A stretch of 64,000 nucleotides of DNA, taken from NCBI GenBank assembly GCA_000002445.1, contig CP000070.1:2112001-2176000 (forward strand), given 5' to 3'. This DNA is from Trypanosoma brucei (Eukaryota). Below, piece after piece: positions 44,578 to 54,167 of this stretch (position 1 is its first letter; each line of letters begins with the position of its first letter). A model generated the notes under the pieces. It did not search any database and was not told the origin of the DNA. It saw only the letters and a program-made list of their open reading frames with translations. The position numbers were made by a program, and so were the translations under genes.

Positions 44578-47073
44578 TCAAATATTAGTAGGAACCACGT
44601 CCCGCCGTCTTTGGAAGACGAGTGTTAATATAAAAAGTGTCAACGCACACAAAGAAATTACGGACAAAAGATAAACATATTCCAATATACCCCCGTCACT
44701 GTATCTCGATCTTACTGAAGAAACATGGTCACCAAACGTAAAAAACACACCGTCATGTGACTGCCTGCCAGCCCCCGCAGCGACTCTTGAAGACACAGGA
44801 AGCGGCGTCGTCGGGTTGGCTGCACGGATCACCTCCCTGTTGGTGAACACCAACTGTAGTTCCCCTTCGCTCAACCTTCGGTTGTACAGGAGCACACTGT
44901 GTACAGTTATGGATGTGTGATCCGAGAGATCAGAGGACGCTGGGGTTCCAACGAAAAAGTGCCTAATGTTTAGAAGGTCGACACGATCGGACTCACTAAC
45001 ATTAATTGCAGCAACCGCTAGTTTGCCGTCAACGTATGCAACAACCAAACCATCTTGCAATGCTAGTGCAATCTGGTGAGTCTCTTCCAAATTTGACGGC
45101 ACCGGAGAACCTTCGCTGCATTTTTCTCCGTACATCAGAGTCCATCTCGTATTTTCAATCGAAAGAATAAAGAGTTTATTAGCATTCTTTTCTCCATTCA
45201 CAAAACCAATTAATGGAGTGTCCCTTTGAGGCACCGCGCCAAACTGCACCGTCGCCACAATTGTGAAATGGGTGTTGGCAAAGTAGTACCGTTGGTCTTG
45301 CCCTTGCTCACTAACCGGCCACACTACACTGCTTCCACTGGTACCACCTAATACGACGCCACGTTTGTTGTCCACAGCTCCACTGACACTTGCATTTACA
45401 CACTTGTACACGTCAGGCCACACATGTCCAACTGCGGGTCCGGTAAGCAACCCGGCAAGATCACCAACTGGTATCCCCTTACAAGGTCTCGTTCCTCCAA
45501 CCGATGAAAGACAGTCACCCACCAACAGAGCATCCTGTGCCTTCCATAACAACACGACCCGTTTAATCATCTTCATCTCATCCACAAGACGTGCAAGGTA
45601 AATAGTGAAAACCTCTTCGATTTTCTGCTCATATAGGCAGTAAAGTTTGCCATCGCTCGTGTATAGTAAGGAGCTGTATGGACTGTTGTCGTCACCTTGA
45701 GATATCTGTCCGACAAGGAATACACGAGTGCCGTCCGTTAACCATAACTGGAGATGGTCACGCGAGAAACTCCCCTTCTCATTTTTTGGCTGAGAAATTA
45801 GCATGACATCCATGCCCTCCACAGTTATGGAAATAGCACTTCCTGAACTACCAGGCTGGTTACGAAGCGGCGAGTTGCCTATCACTCGGGAAAGAGTACT
45901 GATGGATTCCTTCAACGTATTCCCTAGGTCACTCGTTTCAAACACCCTGCGGTAACCTACATATTCGGCCGTTCTGGCATTCACTAACAACCTGTCTTTC
46001 CACCAAACCACGGAAGATTCAGTTGAACCGACCGGTGTTTCTCCCGCACCGAAGTGCCATGTTTTGCCATCATCAGTTGAGTACAAAAGTTTTCCTACAA
46101 CATGGTTCCATGTATTCTTGACTTGGACAGAAAATACAATGGCGCCGTCTGGCGTTACGGCAGCGTTCCCTACGCCACCAAGAAACTGGGATGGGGGGTG
46201 CCCACCTGGTGAGGGCACCGTTGCTAAGAGAAACTTCAGGTTCTGGGGAGCCTCAAATGTAATGCTCGCAGTTACATTACCATCTTTTTCCTCTTTGATG
46301 ACAGTACCCTTGTACATGAGTATATCCCAGTCTTCGCCGTAATGCTGCCACGTCCAATACTTACTGGAAGTGTTGTACCTTCCCACGAGAACGAATATAT
46401 TGTTTCCTTTGACGGCGACTGTGGGATCTACAACTCGGGAAAAATTAGTGTTAACACGACTGTTCTCAATGATGACTTTAGTCTTCCAAGTATCCCCACC
46501 ATCAGCACTGTACTTGGCAACTGTCTCAGTGAAGGTGAAATCAGCAGATGAAATGTACCGTACGTCGGCGATGCCCACCAACACACCACTGACTTCAACA
46601 AACGAAGGGACACGGAAAGAGTGAACGTTGCGCATCCATTGCGTTCCATTCTTCTCCCTAAATGGAACTTTCGTCCTCGGCACCAGCGTGTATCCTTTCT
46701 TCCTCTGAGAAAGCCACTCCTTCCTGCAAACTTCTCCCTTAGCTTCTTTAGCAACCGAGTCCATGCACCACGCCCACCATTCATAGCCGGCGTTCCACTC
46801 GGGGGAGGTTTTCCAACTGCCCTTTTCCCATTCACTCTTCCTCACCCACCGGCCACCTTCCAGAAACACCTCACGCGTCGTCTTCTCATAGATCTTGGAG
46901 GACACGATGCCGCAGCAAAATGACAAAACAGATAGTATCACCACTGTGCACGGTAAAAACGGATATGCTAACATGGAAAATGGGCTCGTCAGGCTTAGGG
47001 TGCCCATGCGCACCTGCAGGCGTTCCATATACTTTCTGCAAGCGTCCTCGCACCTAGCGAATACACCGCTCAC
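44578..47073 (-). CDS. Trans-sialidase/sialidase-family protein (beta-propeller catalytic domain plus C-terminal lectin-like domain, C-terminal hydrophobic anchor)
   Basis: FRVPS (FRIP-type arginine motif), Asp-box SADGGDTW and further S-x-D-x-G-x-T-W-like boxes. Overall length and domain order match trypanosome trans-sialidases. The true start may be an internal Met (positions 47007 or 46974), which is followed by a signal-peptide-like segment MLAYPFLPCTVVILSVLSFCCGIVSS. Confidence 0.8.
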   Translation of the reverse strand: MSGVFARCEDACRKYMERLQVRMGTLSLTSPFSMLAYPFLPCTVVILSVLSFCCGIVSSKIYEKTTREVFLEGGRWVRKSEWEKGSWKTSPEWNAGYEWWAWCMDSVAKEAKGEVCRKEWLSQRKKGYTLVPRTKVPFREKNGTQWMRNVHSFRVPSFVEVSGVLVGIADVRYISSADFTFTETVAKYSADGGDTWKTKVIIENSRVNTNFSRVVDPTVAVKGNNIFVLVGRYNTSSKYWTWQHYGEDWDILMYKGTVIKEEKDGNVTASITFEAPQNLKFLLATVPSPGGHPPSQFLGGVGNAAVTPDGAIVFSVQVKNTWNHVVGKLLYSTDDGKTWHFGAGETPVGSTESSVVWWKDRLLVNARTAEYVGYRRVFETSDLGNTLKESISTLSRVIGNSPLRNQPGSSGSAISITVEGMDVMLISQPKNEKGSFSRDHLQLWLTDGTRVFLVGQISQGDDNSPYSSLLYTSDGKLYCLYEQKIEEVFTIYLARLVDEMKMIKRVVLLWKAQDALLVGDCLSSVGGTRPCKGIPVGDLAGLLTGPAVGHVWPDVYKCVNASVSGAVDNKRGVVLGGTSGSSVVWPVSEQGQDQRYYFANTHFTIVATVQFGAVPQRDTPLIGFVNGEKNANKLFILSIENTRWTLMYGEKCSEGSPVPSNLEETHQIALALQDGLVVAYVDGKLAVAAINVSESDRVDLLNIRHFFVGTPASSDLSDHTSITVHSVLLYNRRLSEGELQLVFTNREVIRAANPTTPLPVSSRVAAGAGRQSHDGVFFTFGDHVSSVRSRYSDGGILEYVYLLSVISLCALTLFILTLVFQRRRDVVPTNI

Positions 47074-49241
47074 AAGGTATAGTATAAGAGTACGCTTTCT
47101 AACACGTAAAATTCATGTCGTAAGGTGAAGTAATCGAGGTTGAAATAAAACACACTCATTAACGCAATGGATTAGGCACAAAAATACAAATGCCAGCGGG
47201 AACGTCACGAAGACCACTGCAAAAGTTGAACCCATGCGTTACGCTTGGTGGTCGGGCTGGTCGAAGAGACATAAACGAACTGCTGTTACACCACCAACTC
47301 CGTAAATTGTTTGATTGACGTAGAATATTAGTGATAAGAATGTATTCGCAGCGGCCTTATATGGGGGCAAAAAATAACCGTAGGGTCACTTCCTAACACG
47401 CATTGAACAAGAGGTACCGATACGCGTGCACTCATACAAGTTTTACAAACCCCCATGTTGTGAACAGTTAAATCCCTCATCTCTCTTATCAATATAGCGG
47501 CAAGTTTCAGCTTTTTGTTTAACCAGGAGAACTCAAGAGGCTGCAACAAACTTCGTGAAAGATAGGCAGGTGCGGAGGGGGGACGGCATCAAGTCACCGT
47601 GGGGTGAGCGGCAGCCCTCCTATAGGGGAAACCCGCTGCTGGAACTCCTTTACGAACTTATATGCGTAATGTCAGCAAAGTCGTCCGCGCCAACAGGAAA
47701 GTAAACTAACCCTAAGCAGTCGGTTTGCTACTCAACGAGCGGGGAAATTAAATTCGGGCCCGCCATACTGATGCCCGAAAGTCGAGAAGAAAAGGGACTG
47801 CACCCTCCTTCATAGGTGAAGCTGAACTCCCATTACGGCAGTAATTGTAAAGAGAGAACAAACTGATCGACGCTGCCGCAGCTGAGGCAAAGAATTGCCC
47901 TATCGAACCGGCATGCCGGCAGGGACTTCAAGGGGAGAAAATAAAACGGCCCCCAAAAGGAAACTCATCGGTGATGAATTACCCACACGACACTGGCATA
48001 TCAGTTGTTAGAGTGCAAAGGCGCCGTTGTTAGTATGGGCTACAGCTTTCTACCGTCCAAATTTGGCCGCGACACAAATCCTTTGCTTTCGCCCAAGGAA
48101 AGCGCAGTGTAGCCGGACTGTACGTTGCGCACGGACGTGAAGGCCAATTGAAACAAGCCTAAGACAGCCCACTGGCACAACCAAGCCACGTGTTAGCAGA
48201 AAAGTGAGTGACACCACTTCAATTAGGGATGAGATCACAGTGGTACAGTATCCTCCCCTAGGTTACCGCTCCACTCCTTCGATCGCAATGCGGCACCCAT
48301 TCACCGTGCCCAACCCAACGTGATCACCGAACTTTACGGCAGTGCGAGCATAGGCGAAGGGGAAGCGCTGCTTGGTGCGGCCCATGCGAGAAACTTCAGC
48401 CACTGAAAAGGGACTGTTCCAATACACCTCCCGCTAGCCGCATCCCCGCTGACGAACAAAAACATGTATGCGGCGCCCCGGTGTCCCGAGGCTGAGTCAG
48501 TAATTGCAGTGCTTTCGCCCCCTTTTCGGTGGAGTGGGAGCCAATGCCAGTGTTCGGACTGAGCAGGCGAGGATGTTGGCGACGCGAGGGCAGCATGAAG
48601 TGACGGTGAAAGCGTGGTCAGGCATTTCTCGCCTCTACGCGGGAGGGTACAGCGCAATCAGGTGCGCTCCGACAGTCCGGACGCGGTGCGTACCGAAAGC
48701 GTGTGCCGCAGTCGCGGGAGGAAGTGCCACAATGTCACTTCTTTCCTCCGGGGCGCGGAAGCAATGTCGAGTCTTTCCGTATGAAGGGCGGTGCGTCAGC
48801 CAAAGAAGGTCCGATGCGAACCGGAGGCGTTGAACCAAGGAAAGGACGTAAAATAGTTTAGTTGAGACACTGGCAACACACCGCAGCAAACGACCACCAC
48901 AAGGGCGCGGAAGGGGGTGGGGGAGATATGGCGACGCCGTGGCGAACGTCAACCATCTCAACACAATTAGGGGACGGATGCTTGACACTTTGGGTCAGTC
49001 CGTTCTTTGCCTATTCGATATCTGCCGCCCACGGCTCCGCTTGTGGCGTTTACCTTCAGACGCGAGGGCGCCATCGAGTTGGAGTGAGAGGGGTGTCGAG
49101 TCCCGGCTCCTCTTCTGTGGGAGGGGAAGCAGCGGTGCCACCACACTATGGTTATTGCCGTCGCGACGTCGTCGGTCCCGTGCGACACCTTACTGAATCG
49201 GTTCCCGTTCCTCGTTTCAGTCCGTGTGGCGTTCACGACAC

Positions 49242-49256
49242 GGGGGGGGGGGGGGG
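49242..49256. repeat. G15 homopolymer inside the strand-switch region
   Basis: Read directly from the sequence (cacgacac-G15-ccgtatcc). Confidence 0.9.
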
Positions 49257-52200
49257 CCGTATCCGTTGCGGAGCTTTGTCGTTTTAGAGAGTTTTGGGTT
49301 CTAGTGTCGTGCAACATTAGCGAGTTGACTCCCCACCTCCATTGCAGGTTGTACCGCTTCCTTTTTGTTGACCAAATAAATGTGATTTTCTGCTTGTTCG
49401 TAGCTGGGCGCCGTCATCTGGATGCGAAAATGATTTAAGTACCGTCCGTTGTGTTGATGTGTCCTGCTGCATGCAGATGTGACGGAGGTTGCCGATATGG
49501 CGAAGTCTAAACACCTTTTGGCTGCAGAAATGCTGTAACAGTTGCGCATGGCGCCGGTGGGTCGGTGCCGGTGCTTTCCGGGAGTAGCTGCCGTGCCATA
49601 GAGTGCAGAAGTTTCCGATTTGGCGATTCTGCTCGGTTAAATTCGCTTGTTTACTTTCCCAAGCTATCGCCTTTGACTTTGAACGAAGAGGGGGAGGTAC
49701 TTGCCCCTTAGAAACCGTGGCAGCGTCAGGTGCAGAGGTTTGTTATGGGCGTTTGAGACGGGGGCTGCTTGCAGTGACTGAACAGAGTGTGAGCCAACAT
49801 GTTTGCTTGATAACGAAAACCCTCTTTTTTTTTTTAGGGGGGGGGGTCATACCAGCAGCTTATTTTACATGTTTATGTGTTGATGCGTACAGTTCACTCA
49901 CATGCATTTTTTGTTTCGTTATTTCTTTTCCCCAGTGGGAAAATGCACTGTGCAACTGATAGGATAGATCAGCTCTCTTTTGCGGTGGGCTGTTCTCGTT
50001 TCAGCATCATATGACGAGCAAGTCGCCGGAGTAGGGGCTTTCGTTTATTTGATATTTCCCAACCGCCCTCCTCTTGCGGCGTTCCGTCTTTTTTACCTCT
50101 GAGATTAGCTTTGTATGTGTGGAGCGCTGGATTGCGTTGGGACAACACACACCTTTCACTTGTGTGAAGCGGTAGGCTCAGAAGCTGGTGAGTTAATGTG
50201 ACTGCTCGGTGTGCCGTGATTTTTTGGTCATTTTTCGTACTTCAATTACTTTCCCCGAGTCGTTCCTGTTTGTGGGAAAAAAAAACAGTGACGAGCTTAC
50301 CTTTCTTTTGTACCAGCGGCGGTTGTTTATGTTGTATTGTATTTGTTTGCCAATTCAATTGACGACTTAATTAGCGTTATCATTGTTAACTTTTTTGCTT
50401 TGGAGAACCCACGGGGAGAGGCACCACGGTTGCAGTGGTCACCGTTGCAGCAATCGCTGCAGGTTACTTGTTTTATCGAAGTGGTGGAAGATAGTAGTAA
50501 AACACTCATATCACTCACACTTGAATGTTGTTTCAGAATTATTGGATATCGCATGGGACAACTGAGAATGTTGTGCGTGTTACGTAGATTCAAGCGACAT
50601 CCACTCAAGTCAGCGGTTAAAAGCGTTTGCCTTACCGTGGATTTGACTTCTTGCGTTGGGTTTCACTGACATATCGTTGGGTTTGAACAATCAGCTTATA
50701 GACAAAGTTATTTTACCATTCTCCTCTTTTTACCAGTTTTGTTATTTACAGGTGGGCTTACTTTTCCACTTGTAACCATTTGAAGGCTGTGGTAAGCATT
50801 ATTTATGTGCCACCGTGCCGGCAGTGTTGTTAAGCAGGGGGGAAAGAAGGCACTATTGAAACATATTGGCACCATTTAAACGCCACCATACGCCAACATG
50901 GAACTTCTTCGTTATTTTCCCGCAATGTCATCCTGTGAGTCACACTTGTAATCACTACGGGGATTCGTCCGGCAGATTCTAGTCGTGCTCGTTCAGTGGG
51001 CAATGTTCTCTCTCACTGGTGCAGGCCATTATCGTCATTGTGATGGAGGTGCTTGGAATTGGACATCCGGTTTCTTACTTTTTATGTTGTTCACATCACA
51101 ACCACCACACAGACACTTTCCCGTAGGTATGATGTCCTTTAAAAAAAGTGGAACTGACGGCTCCAGAAGGGCTTCTACCATGTTGATTTTCTGCCTCGAC
51201 GGGATCGTGAAGGCTGATCAACTGTGATAAATTCATATTGACGGCCCGTGACTTCGAGGACTTTTTTGTGGCTGAGCGTCGAGAGAAGCTCCAGGACCAG
51301 GACATGCCTGTGCTAGTGGGGGCACCGAGCACGGTACGGAAAGGTATTAAATAAACTGGAGCAACCACATAGATGTGTATCATTAGATGCAACTAATAAA
51401 GTTTGAAGTTACAGCAGAGACAGCGATACTTCACTGCAGTGGATTATGCCAACGGGTGCTTGCGGGGGTTATGATCAGTTGGTGGTGAGCGCTTTTCTAA
51501 AGAGGATCGTCGGGTACGAACCCAGTAGCAGTGCCGGATGTGTATACAAGGAAGCCGGATTTTTTCTGCACTGATAGGTGCCATGCCAATTAATGGGTGC
51601 CTTATGGATGCTTTGAATGAAACGTTCTCTGTGGAACTTGAAGTGCTCACAATGCTGGCAGAGTAGCTTTACAGGTCGCACGAAAATGTATTTGACAGAG
51701 CGTCGATATCGGTCTGCACTTGCTGAATATAGTGAATATATTGATTCTGACGATCCCTGGTGGGATAAGCTAAACTAATTCCCACTGGATGCTAATCATG
51801 TCTACACGGATGAAGAGACGTGTGCTCGTCATTTCGTTGTACAAAAGCTGCCTGGCAGCGAACCTACCACGCTACAGGCGAAGGTAATGGAGAAGCTAAA
51901 GTGCTTGACACCAAATCCAGAGATGTCGCACATACGAGGTGAACATGGCGCTCGACTGGTGCGCCACGGAGGTGCTGTGCTGACGATCTCCGTTTCTTTT
52001 ACCGAACACATGCGGTAAAGTGGAGCCCAGATGAAACGAACGGAGCGGAATCCGGTTCGCTAGTTTTCAGCCTTGCTGTGACGTGTGGTCGAGCCACTGA
52101 GCATAGCTGTATGTGTTTGCGGTGTGTGATTGAAAAGTGAAAGAGGTTGTGGAAGAGGGTGATGAACGGTACCGGTATTGAAACAACTTGGTTATGCCGA

Positions 52201-53230
52201 TGGGGCGCCGTCAGATCTATTTCCCTGCGCGGGTTTTGTTGGAGAGGCCCAAAGAACTTAAAGTCTTCACTGGGCGGTGCTGGTTGCGAGGCCGCAGTCC
52301 AGTTACTGACGTGCTGGGGTCTTGACGAATCGCACCTGGAACCGATAAATCGGTAGTTTAGTTGCAGTGAATTGCCTGTACATGGTTTCTACTTGAATAA
52401 TTGCGAGTCGTCGGCCGCAGCAGAGATTTAGGGGCTATTGTGCTTGAAGAGGGTTAGATTGTATACATGGGGCGTTTGGAACAGTAACCTTTAAGGGCGG
52501 AAATGAGGCTGTTTTTCTGTTTTCGTTTTTTTTCCCGTAAATTTCATATTATCGAAAATCTCTGGTGTGACATCGGCACCGACAAGTCTCTAGGGGTCCA
52601 ATCCAACGGAGACACGTATGAACTGCAAAGTAACGGAACAAGTGATGAATAAAAGGGAAGTCTGTGCAACCTCAGTGTTTGAATGATTTGCCCCGTACCG
52701 GGGGAGTGCCTACCTGAGCAGGTCTAACGAACTCTGGGTACATCCTGTTTGCGTTACTGTTTTCTTTGAGTGTATAGATGTTGAACACCACCCCTACGTA
52801 CGCACCCCTACCTTTCGTCAATCCTGCGGATTGTATCAGGGGTGAACGGCAGGCAAAAGGTGCGCTTTAGTGACATTTGTGCACTTCAACATTCTGTCAG
52901 GGACTGCGTTTTCTTTCCTTTGCATGCGGAAGCCGTGAAGTGGAAGTGGACTCGGTACTACGATAAGGCTAAGCTTGAAGGGCTCACCAAGACTCACTTC
53001 CTTCCCCCGCTATCGGAAAGTACTCGTTGGCGTGGCGCATCAAGCAGGTGTTCACTTTCTTACCAAAAGTAGTAGTAAAATGCGGGTGGTGGCTGAGGGT
53101 GTTGTCAAATTTGAAGTACCAACCCGATGAACCGTTCTAGGGTGCAAACACAAGCTAAGCACTTCGATTTAGGAATTTCATTTGCACTTCACTTCAATTA
53201 CTGTTACCGATTGGTCTGTATGCGCATAGC

Positions 53231-53328
53231 CCCACTAATCTCTTTTCCCTCTTCCTACCGCTTAATTTACATGAATACTGGTCATGTGATTCGCTACGCT
53301 TGTCCCCAACTTGCCCTTTGGATCGCAG
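53231..53328 (+). promoter_or_regulatory. Polypyrimidine tract plus predicted spliced-leader acceptor AG for the RING-finger mRNA
   Basis: C/T-rich run ccactaatctcttttccctcttcctaccgcttaatttac...cgcttgtccccaacttgccctttgg. The first downstream AG is at 53327-53328, 2 nt before the ATG at 53331. This is a sequence-based inference only. Confidence 0.45.
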
Positions 53329-53330
53329 AT

Positions 53331-54167
53331 ATGAGTTCCATCCCCGCCAACAGCGTTACCTGCTCCATATGCCTCGAGCACTGGGTAGAACCGACGGAGT
53401 GCCTGCCATGCAGGCACATATTCTGCAAGAAGTGCATATCCAGAGTAGAACGGTGTCCTTTGTGCCGCTCGCACATAAGGGAAATGATGAGTGCTAATCG
53501 CTTCCTGCTTGAGGCGGTGGAAGGCGTTGTTGGGCATGACGGGGTTGAACAACGGGTAAGGAATGCAGAGCAGCGAGCAGAGGAGGCAGAGAAAATTTTG
53601 GCGGAGATCGCTGGGCCGTTTTTGGAAACAGACAACGAAACATGTTGGGAGGCGAAGGCAAGGGAGAATGCAGAAAAGGTCATCGGAGGCCTCCGGTCCC
53701 AGCTGGAGTGTCTAAGAGCGAAGAAACGCGGTATGGAAGCAGCCATATCGAAACTGGAAGCGAGCAAGAGAAATTGTGCGCGGGGTCCGGATGTAAATCA
53801 TTTTTTGCATTGCCTTTCGGGTGCCACACTGCTTCCGCAGTTGATATCAACCTTTGCCCCAACTTCAACTTCGCGCGCCGCCATGGGTGTTGCAGCGAGA
53901 GCGGCGTTGGGGATGGTGACGGGAGGTCCTTTGGGGGCGGTCGCCGCCGCAGCATTTGCGGGGGAGTCGAGTGGGAGGCAAGGAAATGATGAGATAGATG
54001 AAGAAATACGAGTGAAAACAGCAGACCTGCGGATTTTGGAGCGTGAGATCGAGAACATCGAGGCCAACTTGCGTTTGGAGGAAGAGAAGGAGAATCGAAG
54101 GCAGTATTTTGTGGGGTTGATAAGGTCAATGGGACAAAATTCGGAGCGCGGGATGGGACAATCATAG
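53331..54167 (+). CDS. RING-finger (C3HC4) protein with a coiled-coil region and a glycine-zipper-like hydrophobic segment; putative E3 ubiquitin ligase
   Basis: CSICLEHWVEPTECLPCRHIFCKKCISRVERCPLC is a canonical C3HC4 RING. Coiled-coil-like charged helices follow (EQRAEEAEKILAEI..., LECLRAKKRGMEAAISKLEASKRN) and then an AAMGVAARAALGMVTGGPLGAVAAAAFAG segment. The six-frame ORF starts at 53127, but the pyrimidine tract and AG acceptor place the start at the Met at 53331. Confidence 0.7.
   Translation: MSSIPANSVTCSICLEHWVEPTECLPCRHIFCKKCISRVERCPLCRSHIREMMSANRFLLEAVEGVVGHDGVEQRVRNAEQRAEEAEKILAEIAGPFLETDNETCWEAKARENAEKVIGGLRSQLECLRAKKRGMEAAISKLEASKRNCARGPDVNHFLHCLSGATLLPQLISTFAPTSTSRAAMGVAARAALGMVTGGPLGAVAAAAFAGESSGRQGNDEIDEEIRVKTADLRILEREIENIEANLRLEEEKENRRQYFVGLIRSMGQNSERGMGQS

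Larger units (their letters stand above)
47074..53330. other. Divergent strand-switch region between the minus-strand unit (first gene: trans-sialidase) and the plus-strand unit (first gene: RING protein). It is the presumed RNA polymerase II transcription start region.
   Basis: All supported CDS to the left are on the minus strand and all to the right are on the plus strand. There is no ORF over 120 aa with coding character in between. A GC-rich ~1-kb island (48250-49300) carries a G15 tract at 49242-49256. Confidence 0.7.
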
